Assembly (NCBI GenBank): GCA_964519775.1
Contig: CAZFJB010000001.1
Coordinates: 1 to 33,665 of the forward strand
Source of the DNA: an uncultured Oscillibacter sp.
GTDB taxonomy: Bacteria > Bacillota > Clostridia > Oscillospirales > Oscillospiraceae
Length of the DNA: 33,665 nt
Direction of reading: 5' to 3'
Shown: piece by piece, positions 18,703 through 27,442 of the stretch
Numbering within the stretch: the first letter of the stretch is position 1
Layout: each line of letters starts with the position of its first letter
Program-made: the position numbers and the translations under genes
Notes under the pieces: model-generated
What the model saw: only the letters and a program-made list of their open reading frames with translations
Database searches by the model: none
Told to the model about the DNA's origin: nothing

Positions 18703-19371
18703 TCAGGCCAGTAATTCCATCACAACGCGCGCGGCAATGGTGCGCGAGAGGATAACAGGCTTTCCCGTGCGCTCACGCACATAGTCCTTCATAGCCGCCG
18801 TATAGCCGATGCAGTCAAGCACCACAAGGTCAGCCGACGAACCGGCGATGCGCTCACAGGCAAGCTCCAGCTCTTTGGGGTCGCCGTAGGGGGAGGCGGG
18901 GACGACCAGCACGCTGTCGACATAGTTCTGCCATTTCTCCGCACACTGCGCTTCCTGCTCCGGTGTCGGAGTCACGACCGCGATGCTGGAATGGTTGGAA
19001 AGCGCGGGGACGATCCCGTTGAGAACCTGGCAGGGGAAGACCAGCGGAACATGGCTCAGGAACGAGGGAAAACTGCCGGTGCAGAGAAACAGGATCAGCT
19101 CCGCGCCCTGCTCTTCCAGAAGGTCGATGCAGTTTTGAAGGCGCGGGAGGATAAACTTTTCGGCAAAGACAGCGGAACTTCCGTCACGGAGACGGGAGAT
19201 GAGCACATAGTCCCCGGGAGCGGGGGCGAATGCCGCGATGTCCTGCGCCGTCAGGCCATCCAGCGCGCCGGCCTGCAAAAGCGTGACGTCCGGGGAGAAG
19301 AGCGGACCGATGTCTGCAATGACATCGGCGCGAGGACTTTGCCCGATGGTGATCAATCCGATTTTTTTCAT
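18703..19371 (-). CDS. aroM: AroM family protein
   Basis: ITIGQSPR.DV, GALDGL, LISRLRDG, LCTGSFP, ASPY, VLDCIGYT; RBS AAGGAGG. Confidence 0.85.
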   Translation of the reverse strand: MKKIGLITIGQSPRADVIADIGPLFSPDVTLLQAGALDGLTAQDIAAFAPAPGDYVLISRLRDGSSAVFAEKFILPRLQNCIDLLEEQGAELILFLCTGSFPSFLSHVPLVFPCQVLNGIVPALSNHSSIAVVTPTPEQEAQCAEKWQNYVDSVLVVPASPYGDPKELELACERIAGSSADLVVLDCIGYTAAMKDYVRERTGKPVILSRTIAARVVMELLA

Positions 19372-19465
19372 GCTAACGATCCTCCTTCTGAAAAATGGCT
19401 ATATGCCGCGGTATACAGAAGCTGTTAAAAGACTGAACGGCTCTGCCCTGAATGTTGGATGGGGC

Positions 19466-19494
19466 TTTACAAAACGGGCTGAGTGCGTTAGACT
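19466..19494 (+). promoter_or_regulatory. Putative sigmaA promoter of the IclR gene
   Basis: TTTACA-17bp-TAGACT. Confidence 0.5.
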
Positions 19495-19553
19495 GACAGA
19501 GTATCAAGATAACGAGGTGATAGGGTAGATCGATTCGAATCAGGAGGTGGGCC

Positions 19554-20306
19554 ATGAAACATGAGCCAGACGCAAGCTACATGCAGACCGCAGGGCGCGC
19601 GCTGGATGTCCTGAACTGCTTTATGAAAGGGGAACCGCTGTCTCTCACCGCCATCGCTAAGCGAACGGGACTGAGCCCATCGGTGACATTTCGATTACTC
19701 TATACGCTGATGGAGCATGGCTTCGTGAAGCAGCTTCGGGGGAGCAAGCTCTATTTCATCGGCGATCGGGCGGTCCTCCTCGGCCTGACCGGCATGAACG
19801 GACAGAAGATCGTTCGGGTCGGATACGACCTGATCTGGGATTGGGCACGGCAAACGGGCCACAGCATTATCATCTCCGCGCCGTTTGACAATCGGGCGGT
19901 GGTGGTCGCGCGGATCAACACGCTGAAGGACGACCGGGATATGACATACACGGGCCGCTCGGCACCGCTGCATCTGGGGGCCTCACAGCGCATCCTCCTG
20001 GCCTATATGCCGGAGGATGCGAGGAACGCCTATGTGGACTCCCTCTTCATTGAGCGCTCGGCAAAGGCCGCGATGCTTCAGGAGTTGGACGCCATTCGGG
20101 CACGTGGCTATGACTACACGGAGGGAATGCTGACAAAGGGCGTGTGGGCCCTCGCGCTGCCGATCTTCAACATCTCCCGCGAGATCGCGGGGGGAGTTTG
20201 CACGAGCGGGGTGATCGGCGAGACGGGCAGAGAAGAGATCGAAGAATGTCTGGCGCAGCTCCGCCAGCTGCAAACGCTTTTGCAGGAAAAAATGGATACG
20301 GAGTAA
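19554..20306 (+). CDS. IclR family transcriptional regulator
   Basis: RALDVL..LSLTAIAKRTGLSPSVTFRLLYTL HTH; PLHLGAS.RILLAY; ELDAIRARGY; ALALPIF; RBS AGGAGG. Confidence 0.9.
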   Translation: MKHEPDASYMQTAGRALDVLNCFMKGEPLSLTAIAKRTGLSPSVTFRLLYTLMEHGFVKQLRGSKLYFIGDRAVLLGLTGMNGQKIVRVGYDLIWDWARQTGHSIIISAPFDNRAVVVARINTLKDDRDMTYTGRSAPLHLGASQRILLAYMPEDARNAYVDSLFIERSAKAAMLQELDAIRARGYDYTEGMLTKGVWALALPIFNISREIAGGVCTSGVIGETGREEIEECLAQLRQLQTLLQEKMDTE

Positions 20307-20315
20307 AACTTTTAC

Positions 20316-20349
20316 AGCCTGCCGCAGTGATCTGCGGCGGGCTTTTTTT
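20316..20349 (+). terminator. Intrinsic terminator of the IclR gene (U-tract on plus strand only)
   Basis: AGCCTGCCGCAG-tgat-CTGCGGCGGGCT followed by TTTTTT. Confidence 0.8.
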
Positions 20350-20567
20350 CCGTGTGGCGGGGTGAGATCTGTCTGCCTTTTCCGAAGGATCGACCGACGG
20401 CGGAAAATTTTTTCATATCGATAAATACGCACAAATCGTGGAAATGAAATCGCTTTTCCACATATCGAAAAAATGATTTCTTATTCCGGAATAAATGCAT
20501 ATAAAAACCAACGCGCACTGTAAAAGATGGATAAAGCACAGCGGCATATTAAACTTTTTTCGAGGAG

Positions 20568-20596
20568 ATTCTACTATATTTTTGCGCAAGAGTCAA
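20568..20596 (-). promoter_or_regulatory. Leftward sigmaA promoter, back-to-back with the OPT promoter
   Basis: Minus strand TTGACT-17bp-TAGAAT. Confidence 0.55.
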
Positions 20597-20600
20597 GATA

Positions 20601-20629
20601 TTGACATTTTTCATAAGCTAACCTATAAT
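20601..20629 (+). promoter_or_regulatory. Consensus sigmaA promoter of the OPT-DUF917 operon
   Basis: TTGACA-17bp-TATAAT; inverted repeat CATTTTC-N9-GAAAATG just downstream (20640-20662). Confidence 0.85.
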
Positions 20630-20745
20630 GTGCGTGTAACATTTTCTTGTGTGCGGAAAATGCGTATTATTCGCTCGCTTGTCCCGAATCTGCATATCCC
20701 CAAAGTGAAAACCGGGCGACGGGCAGAGAACAAGGAGGAGACCCA

Positions 20746-22425
20746 ATGGACAATGAGAAAAAGACCCAGGATCTGGAGCAGTTGAATATTACTGCCGCGG
20801 AACATCCGAAACTGTGGGAGCCCGGGCTGCTGGTGCTGAACGTGCTGATGTGCGTTCTCGGCTGCATCATCGGCCTTGAACTGATCGCGAATACGGGCAC
20901 CACACCGAACACCTCTCTGGTCGGCGCGCTCATCGCGATCATCATTTCCCGTATCCCGATCGCAAAGTTTTCGAAGCTGCGCAGCGTCCACCGTCAGAAT
21001 CTGATCCAGACTTCCATCTCCGGCGCCACCTTCTCGATCGCCAACTGTATGTTCCTTACGGTCGGCGTGCCGCTGCTGATGGGGCGGAACGATCTGATGA
21101 TCCCCATGCTCATCGGCGTCACGCTGGCGACTGCCATCGACGCCACGATCCTCTACAAGTGCTTTGATACGCCGATGTTCCCCGCCGAAGGCGCATGGCC
21201 TCCGGGTGTCGCTACCGCGGAGACGCTCCTCGCGGTCGTCCGTAAGGGCAAGCGCGCGCTGCTCCTGCTCGTTGGTATGGGCATGGGCATTGTCGGTAAA
21301 GCGATCGGCCTTCCGATGGATCTCCTTGGTGTTTCCTGGTTCGGCAACTTTGCCGCCATGATGGGTCTCGGTATCGGCAGCCTTGTGATCGGCATTGTGA
21401 AGACGAACAGCATCGGCTTTACGCTCTTCGGCCACAGCTTCACCTTTGTCTCCGAACTGTTCGGCGCCGGTTTCGACAGCGGCTCCCTGGCGGTCACCTA
21501 CCTCGGCCACGGCCTGATGATCGGTGCCGGCATGGTCTCCCTGTATCAGGCGGCCCGTATGCTGATGAAGAAGGACGACGAAAATTCCTCCGCGGTCTCC
21601 CGCTTCACCTCCAGCATGAAGGATATGCGCAACGCGATGGGCTGGGGCTATGTCGCTTACGCGGCCGTGGCGCTTGGCATTGCCATCGTCAGCGGCTTCC
21701 TCTATGAGATGAGCATCGGTATGTTCATTCTCTGGGTGCTGTTTGCCGCGGTCGCCGCGCTCGTTTCCGAGATCATGGTCGGTATCGCCGCCATGCATTC
21801 CGGCTGGTTCCCCGGCTTTGCCACGGCCTTCGTGTTCCTGATCATCGGTATGCTGATCGGTTTCCCGTCGCTGCCTCTCGGCATTCTGGTCGCCTACACG
21901 GCTGCGACCGGCCCGTGCTTCTCCGATATGGGCTATGACCTGAAGACCGGCTACATCCTCCGCGGCTGCGGCAAGGACAAGGAACTGGAGCTGTTTGGCC
22001 GCAAGCAGCAGTGGTATGCGGAGTTGCTCGGCTTTGCCGTCGCGTTTGTCATGATGCTCATCTTCGCCAACAACTACTTCGGCCAGGACATTTTCGCGCC
22101 GGTTTCGAGAACCTATGTTTCCACCATCGCTGCCGGCACGACGCCGGAGATCGCCAAGTGGCTGCTGATCTGGGCGGTGCCGGGCGCGATCATTCAGCTC
22201 GCCTTTGGCCACAGACAGGTCGGTATCCTCTTTGCCACCGGTATCCTGGTCGGCAATACGCTCAATGGCCTTACCATTATCCTCGCGCTGCTCCTGCGCT
22301 ACATCCTTGAAAAGAGAAATGAGGAGAATCGCCAGATCCTCACCATCCTCGGCGCCGGCGCGCTGGCAGGCTCTGCGCTCTACAGCTTCTTCACTGCAAC
22401 GCTCGGCCTTGCGAAGAAAAAATAA
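20746..22425 (+). CDS. OPT/YSL family oligopeptide-type transporter
   Basis: Polytopic hydrophobic protein; RQNLIQTSISGATF, WPPGVATAE, AAMHSGWFPGFA, DMGYDLKTG; RBS AAGGAGG before ATG 20746. Confidence 0.82.
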   Translation: MDNEKKTQDLEQLNITAAEHPKLWEPGLLVLNVLMCVLGCIIGLELIANTGTTPNTSLVGALIAIIISRIPIAKFSKLRSVHRQNLIQTSISGATFSIANCMFLTVGVPLLMGRNDLMIPMLIGVTLATAIDATILYKCFDTPMFPAEGAWPPGVATAETLLAVVRKGKRALLLLVGMGMGIVGKAIGLPMDLLGVSWFGNFAAMMGLGIGSLVIGIVKTNSIGFTLFGHSFTFVSELFGAGFDSGSLAVTYLGHGLMIGAGMVSLYQAARMLMKKDDENSSAVSRFTSSMKDMRNAMGWGYVAYAAVALGIAIVSGFLYEMSIGMFILWVLFAAVAALVSEIMVGIAAMHSGWFPGFATAFVFLIIGMLIGFPSLPLGILVAYTAATGPCFSDMGYDLKTGYILRGCGKDKELELFGRKQQWYAELLGFAVAFVMMLIFANNYFGQDIFAPVSRTYVSTIAAGTTPEIAKWLLIWAVPGAIIQLAFGHRQVGILFATGILVGNTLNGLTIILALLLRYILEKRNEENRQILTILGAGALAGSALYSFFTATLGLAKKK

Positions 22426-22452
22426 GTTAGTAAACAAAGCCGTTTAGTACCA

Positions 22453-22512
22453 GCCGTGGGCGTCCGGGCGGGAACTGCAGCCCCTGCCGTTTCCGTCCCG
22501 GGCGCTTACGGT
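22453..22512 (+). other. Long intercistronic stem-loop between the OPT and DUF917 genes
   Basis: CCGTGGGCGTCCGGG pairs with CCCGGGCGCTTACGG (G-U pairs allowed), with further inner pairing; no U-tract. Confidence 0.5.
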
Positions 22513-22562
22513 CTGATGTGGGAAAAATGGGAATCATTTTTCGAACGAAGGAGGAACATGAT

Positions 22563-23672
22563 ATGAGCATCATTCTCACCAAAGGAGATGCGGAAAAGAT
22601 TTTGAGCGGCAGCCTCTTCCTCGGCTGCGGCGGAGGCGGAGACGATGCTGTCGGAAAGAGCATCATCGAAAAGGCGGTGCCGAAGGGCGTGGAACTGGTC
22701 TCGCTGGACGAGGTGCCGCGGGAGGGATTGTTCCTCACGATCTCCCCGGTCGGCTCTCCGGCCTCGACCGAGAGCCACTGCGATGACGATACCTATGCAA
22801 GGATCATCACGCTGTTCAAGCAAAAACAGAAGGAAGATCCGCGTGTCCCTCAGGGGGAGGTCGTGGGCCTGCTTCCGTGTGAGATCGGCGCGCTTTCCTC
22901 CTTCTGCCCCATGATGACGGCTTCGCTTTGCGGCATCCCCGTGGTGGACGCGGCCTGCGACGGCCGCGCGCATCCGTTCGGCTCCATGGGCTCGCTCGGC
23001 CTTGAAAAGCGCGGCGGCGTTGTTGTTCAGGTCTGCGCGGGTGGAAAGCGGGAAAAGAATTACTATGTGGAAGCGAGTGTGATCGCCTCCGTGGATGCCG
23101 CGGCGAACATCATTCGCACCAGCGCGGCAAATGCCGGTGGAATGGTCGCGGTCGCGCGCAACCCGATCGACTATGCGTGGATGAAGAAGACAGCGGCTCC
23201 CGGCGCATACTCTTTTGCGCGGTGCATTGGTGAGAGCTTTGCGCGGGAGGGGAGCGTCACGCAGAAGCTTCAGGCTGTCTGCGATACCATTGGCGGACAG
23301 ATCGTTGCCCAGGGCGTTGTCGGCGACATTCTGATCGAGACGAAAAATGCCCTTGACTACGGCCGCTTTACGATCACGACCGATGCGGGCGAAGTCTACA
23401 CGATGACATTCTGCAATGAGTATATGTCGATGGACGGTCCGGACGGCGAGAGAAAGTTCACCTTCCCTGATTTTATGGCTACCTGTGCGGCGGAGGACGG
23501 CAAGCCCGTCTCCACGGCCAGACTCAAAAAGGGAGACCGCGTCTTCCTGCTTGGATCGAGCAGACACAATATGCGCCTTGGACAAGGACTGCGCAATCGC
23601 GCGCCCTACCTGCGGCTGGAGGACGCGCTTGGCATTGAAATGCTGCGCTATGTCGGCGATATCATTGAATGA
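22563..23672 (+). CDS. DUF917 family protein (thiohydantoin desulfurase-like)
   Basis: GSLFLGCGGGG, SPVGSP, PCEIGA, IPVVDAACDGRAHP, VARNP, NEYM, FPD; RBS AAGGAGG. Confidence 0.8.
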   Translation: MSIILTKGDAEKILSGSLFLGCGGGGDDAVGKSIIEKAVPKGVELVSLDEVPREGLFLTISPVGSPASTESHCDDDTYARIITLFKQKQKEDPRVPQGEVVGLLPCEIGALSSFCPMMTASLCGIPVVDAACDGRAHPFGSMGSLGLEKRGGVVVQVCAGGKREKNYYVEASVIASVDAAANIIRTSAANAGGMVAVARNPIDYAWMKKTAAPGAYSFARCIGESFAREGSVTQKLQAVCDTIGGQIVAQGVVGDILIETKNALDYGRFTITTDAGEVYTMTFCNEYMSMDGPDGERKFTFPDFMATCAAEDGKPVSTARLKKGDRVFLLGSSRHNMRLGQGLRNRAPYLRLEDALGIEMLRYVGDIIE

Positions 23673-23678
23673 ATGAAC

Positions 23679-23726
23679 GCGGCCCATGCTTCAAACTTCT
23701 TATTGGAGCATGGGCTGCTTTTTGTT
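23679..23726 (+). terminator. Intrinsic terminator after DUF917
   Basis: GCGGCCCATGCTTCAA...TTGGAGCATGGGCTGC followed by TTTTTGTT. Confidence 0.75.
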
Positions 23727-23803
23727 CGGAAAACTCTGATCGATCGGGATTTCCTGTTTTTACCGGAGCCGTTCGGCGGCTGCGGCTTGCGGCGCGGGGC
23801 GCG

Positions 23804-23832
23804 TTGACATTTTTTTCGCGGCGTTGTAAACT
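23804..23832 (+). promoter_or_regulatory. sigmaA promoter of the MerR gene
   Basis: TTGACA-17bp-TAAACT. Confidence 0.7.
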
Positions 23833-23864
23833 TGAGAAAAGATCCGGGAAGAGGGGGAGCAGTT

Positions 23865-24650
23865 ATGTATCTGACTGCCAACGAAATATCCAAGGCACTG
23901 AACATGACCACGGAGGCCATTCGACACTATGCCCGCGAGGGGCTTGTGACTCCGCACCGCAATGAGAACAACGGCTATTGGGAATACTCCTCTGAGGATC
24001 TGCTGCGGTTGACGGACATCCTTTTTTACCGCAGTATGTCGCTGACTATACCAGAGATCAAGGCCATCATGGTGGATGAAATGCCGCTGGAGGACATCCA
24101 GCAGGTCATTGAGCGGCGCATAAGCGCGCTGATCGCCGAGATCCGAGAAAAGATGGATACGCTGGGGGAGCTGCAGCGGTGGAGCGAACTGCATATGGAG
24201 GAGATGCGGAGCCTGGGTACATTTCGCACAGGACCGATGCCGCCAAGCTATCGCTGCCGGGGCTGCTATGACAGCAGCCGTCATATGGCGGAGTATCTTC
24301 GCAGCAATTTTGACTTTGAGCGTGGGAACTGGATGGATATGTCCCTCTCATTCTCCTATGACCGCAATGACCCCCAGCCCCACATGGAGCGCTATCTCTC
24401 CTTCAGCGGTTCTGTGCGGCTGAAGCCCTCCAATATGCATGGGGACCTGATCGAAGAGCAGGAGCCGCGCTGCCTGATCACGGAGACGTATTACAGTGAT
24501 GATCCCATGGAAATGCTCCAGCCGATGCTGGACTATGCCGCCGCCAACGGCATCCGTCTGAGCGGAAAATTCTACGGTCATGAGAATACCAATTACTTTG
24601 CCGGCGGAAAACGGAAGGCGATCTACTGCATATATGCCGTGATCGAATAA
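23865..24650 (+). CDS. MerR family transcriptional activator with C-terminal effector (GyrI-like) domain
   Basis: EISKALNMTTEAIRHYAREGLVTPHRNENNGYWEYS, YRSMSLTIPEIK, coiled coil, C-terminal MLDYAAANGIRLSG typical of BmrR-like proteins. Confidence 0.85.
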   Translation: MYLTANEISKALNMTTEAIRHYAREGLVTPHRNENNGYWEYSSEDLLRLTDILFYRSMSLTIPEIKAIMVDEMPLEDIQQVIERRISALIAEIREKMDTLGELQRWSELHMEEMRSLGTFRTGPMPPSYRCRGCYDSSRHMAEYLRSNFDFERGNWMDMSLSFSYDRNDPQPHMERYLSFSGSVRLKPSNMHGDLIEEQEPRCLITETYYSDDPMEMLQPMLDYAAANGIRLSGKFYGHENTNYFAGGKRKAIYCIYAVIE

Positions 24651-24669
24651 AATTTTATAAAAAAAGGTA

Positions 24670-24700
24670 TTGACCTCGGGGTTACCCCGAGGTTTATACT
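24670..24700 (+). promoter_or_regulatory. MerR-type promoter with dyad operator
   Basis: TTGACC-19bp-TATACT containing perfect 10-bp arms ACCTCGGGGT-t-ACCCCGAGGT (24673-24693), directly after the MerR gene. Confidence 0.9.
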
Positions 24701-24774
24701 TTTCGTGTGAAATGCATAATTATCCGTTTTTTAAAACTGGTTATGCAGATTGCGCCAGGAAAGAAGGAATATCT

Positions 24775-25725
24775 ATGCTGAAACCAAAGCTGCTTGCTCC
24801 CGGTGCGACCATCGGTATCGTCGCGCCTGCAAGCCCCGCCGAGTCTCCGTCGGAGCTGCCGCGGGCCAGAGCGTATCTTGAGGAGCTGGGCTTCCGTGTG
24901 GTCATCGCGCCACACGTTGACCTGCGAAAGGGCTTTGTCGCCGCATCGGAGACTGAGCGTGCCGCCGACATCAACGCGATGTTCGCGGAACCTGCCATTG
25001 ATGCCGTGTGCTGCGCCCGCGGCGGCTACGGAAGCGCACAGATCATCCGACATCTGGATTTTGACCTGATCCGACGAAATCCCAAGATCTTCACCGGCTT
25101 TTCCGACATCACGTCCTTGCACCTTGCCATCAACCGGCTGGCAGGGGTGGTGACCTTCCACGGACCGGGTATCGCCCGCTTCAATCCGGAGGAGCTGAGT
25201 GACTATACGAAAAAGCAGTTCTTCAAGGCGCTGACCACCACCGCGCCTTTGGGGGACATTCCTTTGAGCGATTCGAAGAAATGGCTGCACACCATTGTCG
25301 GCGGCGCGGCGGAGGGGGAGCTGATCGGCGGCAATCTGACGCTGCTGTGCGCAAGCCTGGGCACACCGTTCCAGCCGGACACCCGGGGAAAGGTGCTTTT
25401 GCTGGAGGATATAGACACCGAGCCGTGGATGATGGACCACAATATGAGCCATTTGCGCAATGCCGGTGTGCTGGACGGCGTGGCCGCCGTGGTCATCGGG
25501 GAATGTAAGGGCTGCGTTCCCTACGACTATAAACCCGGTTTTCTTTCGGACGTTACGGTGGAAGAGGTGTTTGAATACTACCTGAAGCCACTGAATATAC
25601 CGACGCTGTACGGCCTGCCCCTGGGACACACCGGGGATCTTGCCACGCTGCCGTTGGGCGTGCGGGTGCGGCTGGACGCGACGGAAAAGCGCCTCACCGT
25701 GCTGGAGAGCGGTGTAACGGAGTGA
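24775..25725 (+). CDS. S66 family peptidase (LD-carboxypeptidase/MccF-like)
   Basis: IGIVAPAS, ERAADIN, RGGYGS, GFSDITSL (Ser), GGNLTLL, LLLED (Glu), PLGH (His). Confidence 0.9.
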   Translation: MLKPKLLAPGATIGIVAPASPAESPSELPRARAYLEELGFRVVIAPHVDLRKGFVAASETERAADINAMFAEPAIDAVCCARGGYGSAQIIRHLDFDLIRRNPKIFTGFSDITSLHLAINRLAGVVTFHGPGIARFNPEELSDYTKKQFFKALTTTAPLGDIPLSDSKKWLHTIVGGAAEGELIGGNLTLLCASLGTPFQPDTRGKVLLLEDIDTEPWMMDHNMSHLRNAGVLDGVAAVVIGECKGCVPYDYKPGFLSDVTVEEVFEYYLKPLNIPTLYGLPLGHTGDLATLPLGVRVRLDATEKRLTVLESGVTE

Positions 25726-25774
25726 GCGCCCGCGAAAAAGAGAATATTTACCTGATATAAAAGGAGGAATCCCC

Positions 25775-27364
25775 ATGAAAAAGATCTCTGCAATGGTATT
25801 GACCATACTGCTGGTGCTGGGCGTATGCGCCGGCTGCGGCGGCAGCGGTGAGAGTGGAACGGTCGATGACGAGGTCATCTTCAAGGTCGCCATCAACAGC
25901 GGCTACGATACGCTCAACCCCTTCACCACCGAGTCCAGCATGGTCTATGATTTCCTGAACTTCTGCTATGACTCGCTGATCGCCTATGATGACGATTTCA
26001 ACGCCGTCCCGCGCCTTGCGGAGAGCTGGTCCTGCAGCGATGACGGCCTTGACTGGACCTTCAATCTGCGCCACGATGCCGTCTTCTCCGACGGCGAGGC
26101 CGTTACCTCCGCTGATGTGAAGTGGACATACGAAAACGTGATCGACAGCTATATGTACTCCACGCACGCAAGCGGCTTTGCCGACATCGAGTGTCCCGAT
26201 GACTATACCGTCATCTTCCACTGTGAGGCCCCGAAGCCCGATATGCTCTATCAGATCATTCCCATCCTGCCCGAGCACATCTGGAGCGGTGTGGATGACA
26301 TCTTCTCCTATGAGCCGGACACGCTCGTCGGCTCCGGCCCGTTTATCTACGATGCCGAGCGCAGCATCAACGGCAATGTCGCCTTTGTCCGCAACGACAG
26401 CTATTGGGGGGATAAGCCCTATGTCGATGTGCTGGTCTTTACCCTGTACGATAATTACGACACCATGGCGCAGGCCATGCAGTTGGGCGAGGTGGATGCC
26501 TGCTATGAGCTGGATCGCACGCAGTACGATAAGCTCAGCAGCGATCCCGGCTTCTATGTGGAGCTTTATGAGGGCTTCAGCGAGGAGCACCTTGCCTACA
26601 ACCTGATGAACGAGGTCACAGGTGATCCGGTCATCCGCTATGCCATCGACTATTGCTTTGACCGTGAGAACGCGGTGGAGATGGGCTACGGCGGCCTTGC
26701 CGAGGTCGGCTACGGCATCATCAACAATCCCGGCTACAAGTATGCGCCCCCGACCGACATCTTCCGTGAGCTGAGTACCGACAAGGCCAACGCCCTGCTG
26801 GATGAGGCCGGCTATCTCGATACCGATGGTGACGGCATCCGTGAGCGCAACGGCGAACCCCTCAGCCTTGAGCTTATCACTGCCTCCGAGCGCAGCTCCT
26901 GGCAGTCCGCCGTGGTGAACATGATGATCACCAACTGCGCCAAGGCCGGCATTGAGATCAAGTGGTCAACGCTTGAGAAGGTCACGATGTGGGATACCTG
27001 CTGCGACGGCAATCCCGACTGGCAGCTCTATCTTGATGGCTGGGGCGGCGACGCTGACCCGGGCATGATCCTCTGCCTCTTCCAGGATTGGGAGACTCTG
27101 GGCTACTCCACTACAAGCTATTCAAATCCCGATTTCGACGCGGCCTATGACATCGTCCTCACCACCGTCGATCCCGACGAACGGGCCGCCGCCATCGAGG
27201 AGTGCCAGCGCATTCTCTATGTCGATTCCCCCTATACGGTCATCTGCTATGATCTCAGCGTACAGGCCATCTCCAGGAACTGGACGGGCTATGCCACGAA
27301 CGGCGTGGGCCTCTTCGGCAACGAGCGTATCGACACCTATGTCCATGTAAAGCCAGCGGAATAA
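25775..27364 (+). CDS. Peptide/nickel ABC substrate-binding lipoprotein (family 5, OppA/DppA-like)
   Basis: Lipobox CAGC, PRLAESW..SDDGLDWTFNLR...FSDG..VTSADVKWT, VGSGPF, DTDGDGIRE. Confidence 0.9.
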   Translation: MKKISAMVLTILLVLGVCAGCGGSGESGTVDDEVIFKVAINSGYDTLNPFTTESSMVYDFLNFCYDSLIAYDDDFNAVPRLAESWSCSDDGLDWTFNLRHDAVFSDGEAVTSADVKWTYENVIDSYMYSTHASGFADIECPDDYTVIFHCEAPKPDMLYQIIPILPEHIWSGVDDIFSYEPDTLVGSGPFIYDAERSINGNVAFVRNDSYWGDKPYVDVLVFTLYDNYDTMAQAMQLGEVDACYELDRTQYDKLSSDPGFYVELYEGFSEEHLAYNLMNEVTGDPVIRYAIDYCFDRENAVEMGYGGLAEVGYGIINNPGYKYAPPTDIFRELSTDKANALLDEAGYLDTDGDGIRERNGEPLSLELITASERSSWQSAVVNMMITNCAKAGIEIKWSTLEKVTMWDTCCDGNPDWQLYLDGWGGDADPGMILCLFQDWETLGYSTTSYSNPDFDAAYDIVLTTVDPDERAAAIEECQRILYVDSPYTVICYDLSVQAISRNWTGYATNGVGLFGNERIDTYVHVKPAE

Positions 27365-27380
27365 CGCCGAATACCGATAG

Positions 27381-27412
27381 ACGGGGTGCGCCGCAGCCGC
27401 GGCACACCCCGT
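27381..27412 (+). other. Stem-loop after the binding-protein gene
   Basis: ACGGGGTGCGCCGC-agcc-GCGGCACACCCCGT (one mismatch), no U-tract. Confidence 0.55.
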
Positions 27413-27442
27413 TGCCTAAATGTTACCCGGAGGTGCAAAAAA

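Noticed and set aside
20623-22437. 604-aa minus-strand ORF, plus similar long antisense ORFs (10458-11456, 11596-12603, 12753-13850, 17801-18784, 22506-23687, 24694-25896, 29358-30365)
   Set aside because: They mirror well-supported genes on the opposite strand and show no family motifs; expected from GC-rich codon bias
26819-26845. DTDGDGIRE EF-hand-like loop in the peptide-binding protein
   Set aside because: A common DxDxDG loop in Firmicute family-5 binding proteins; not novel
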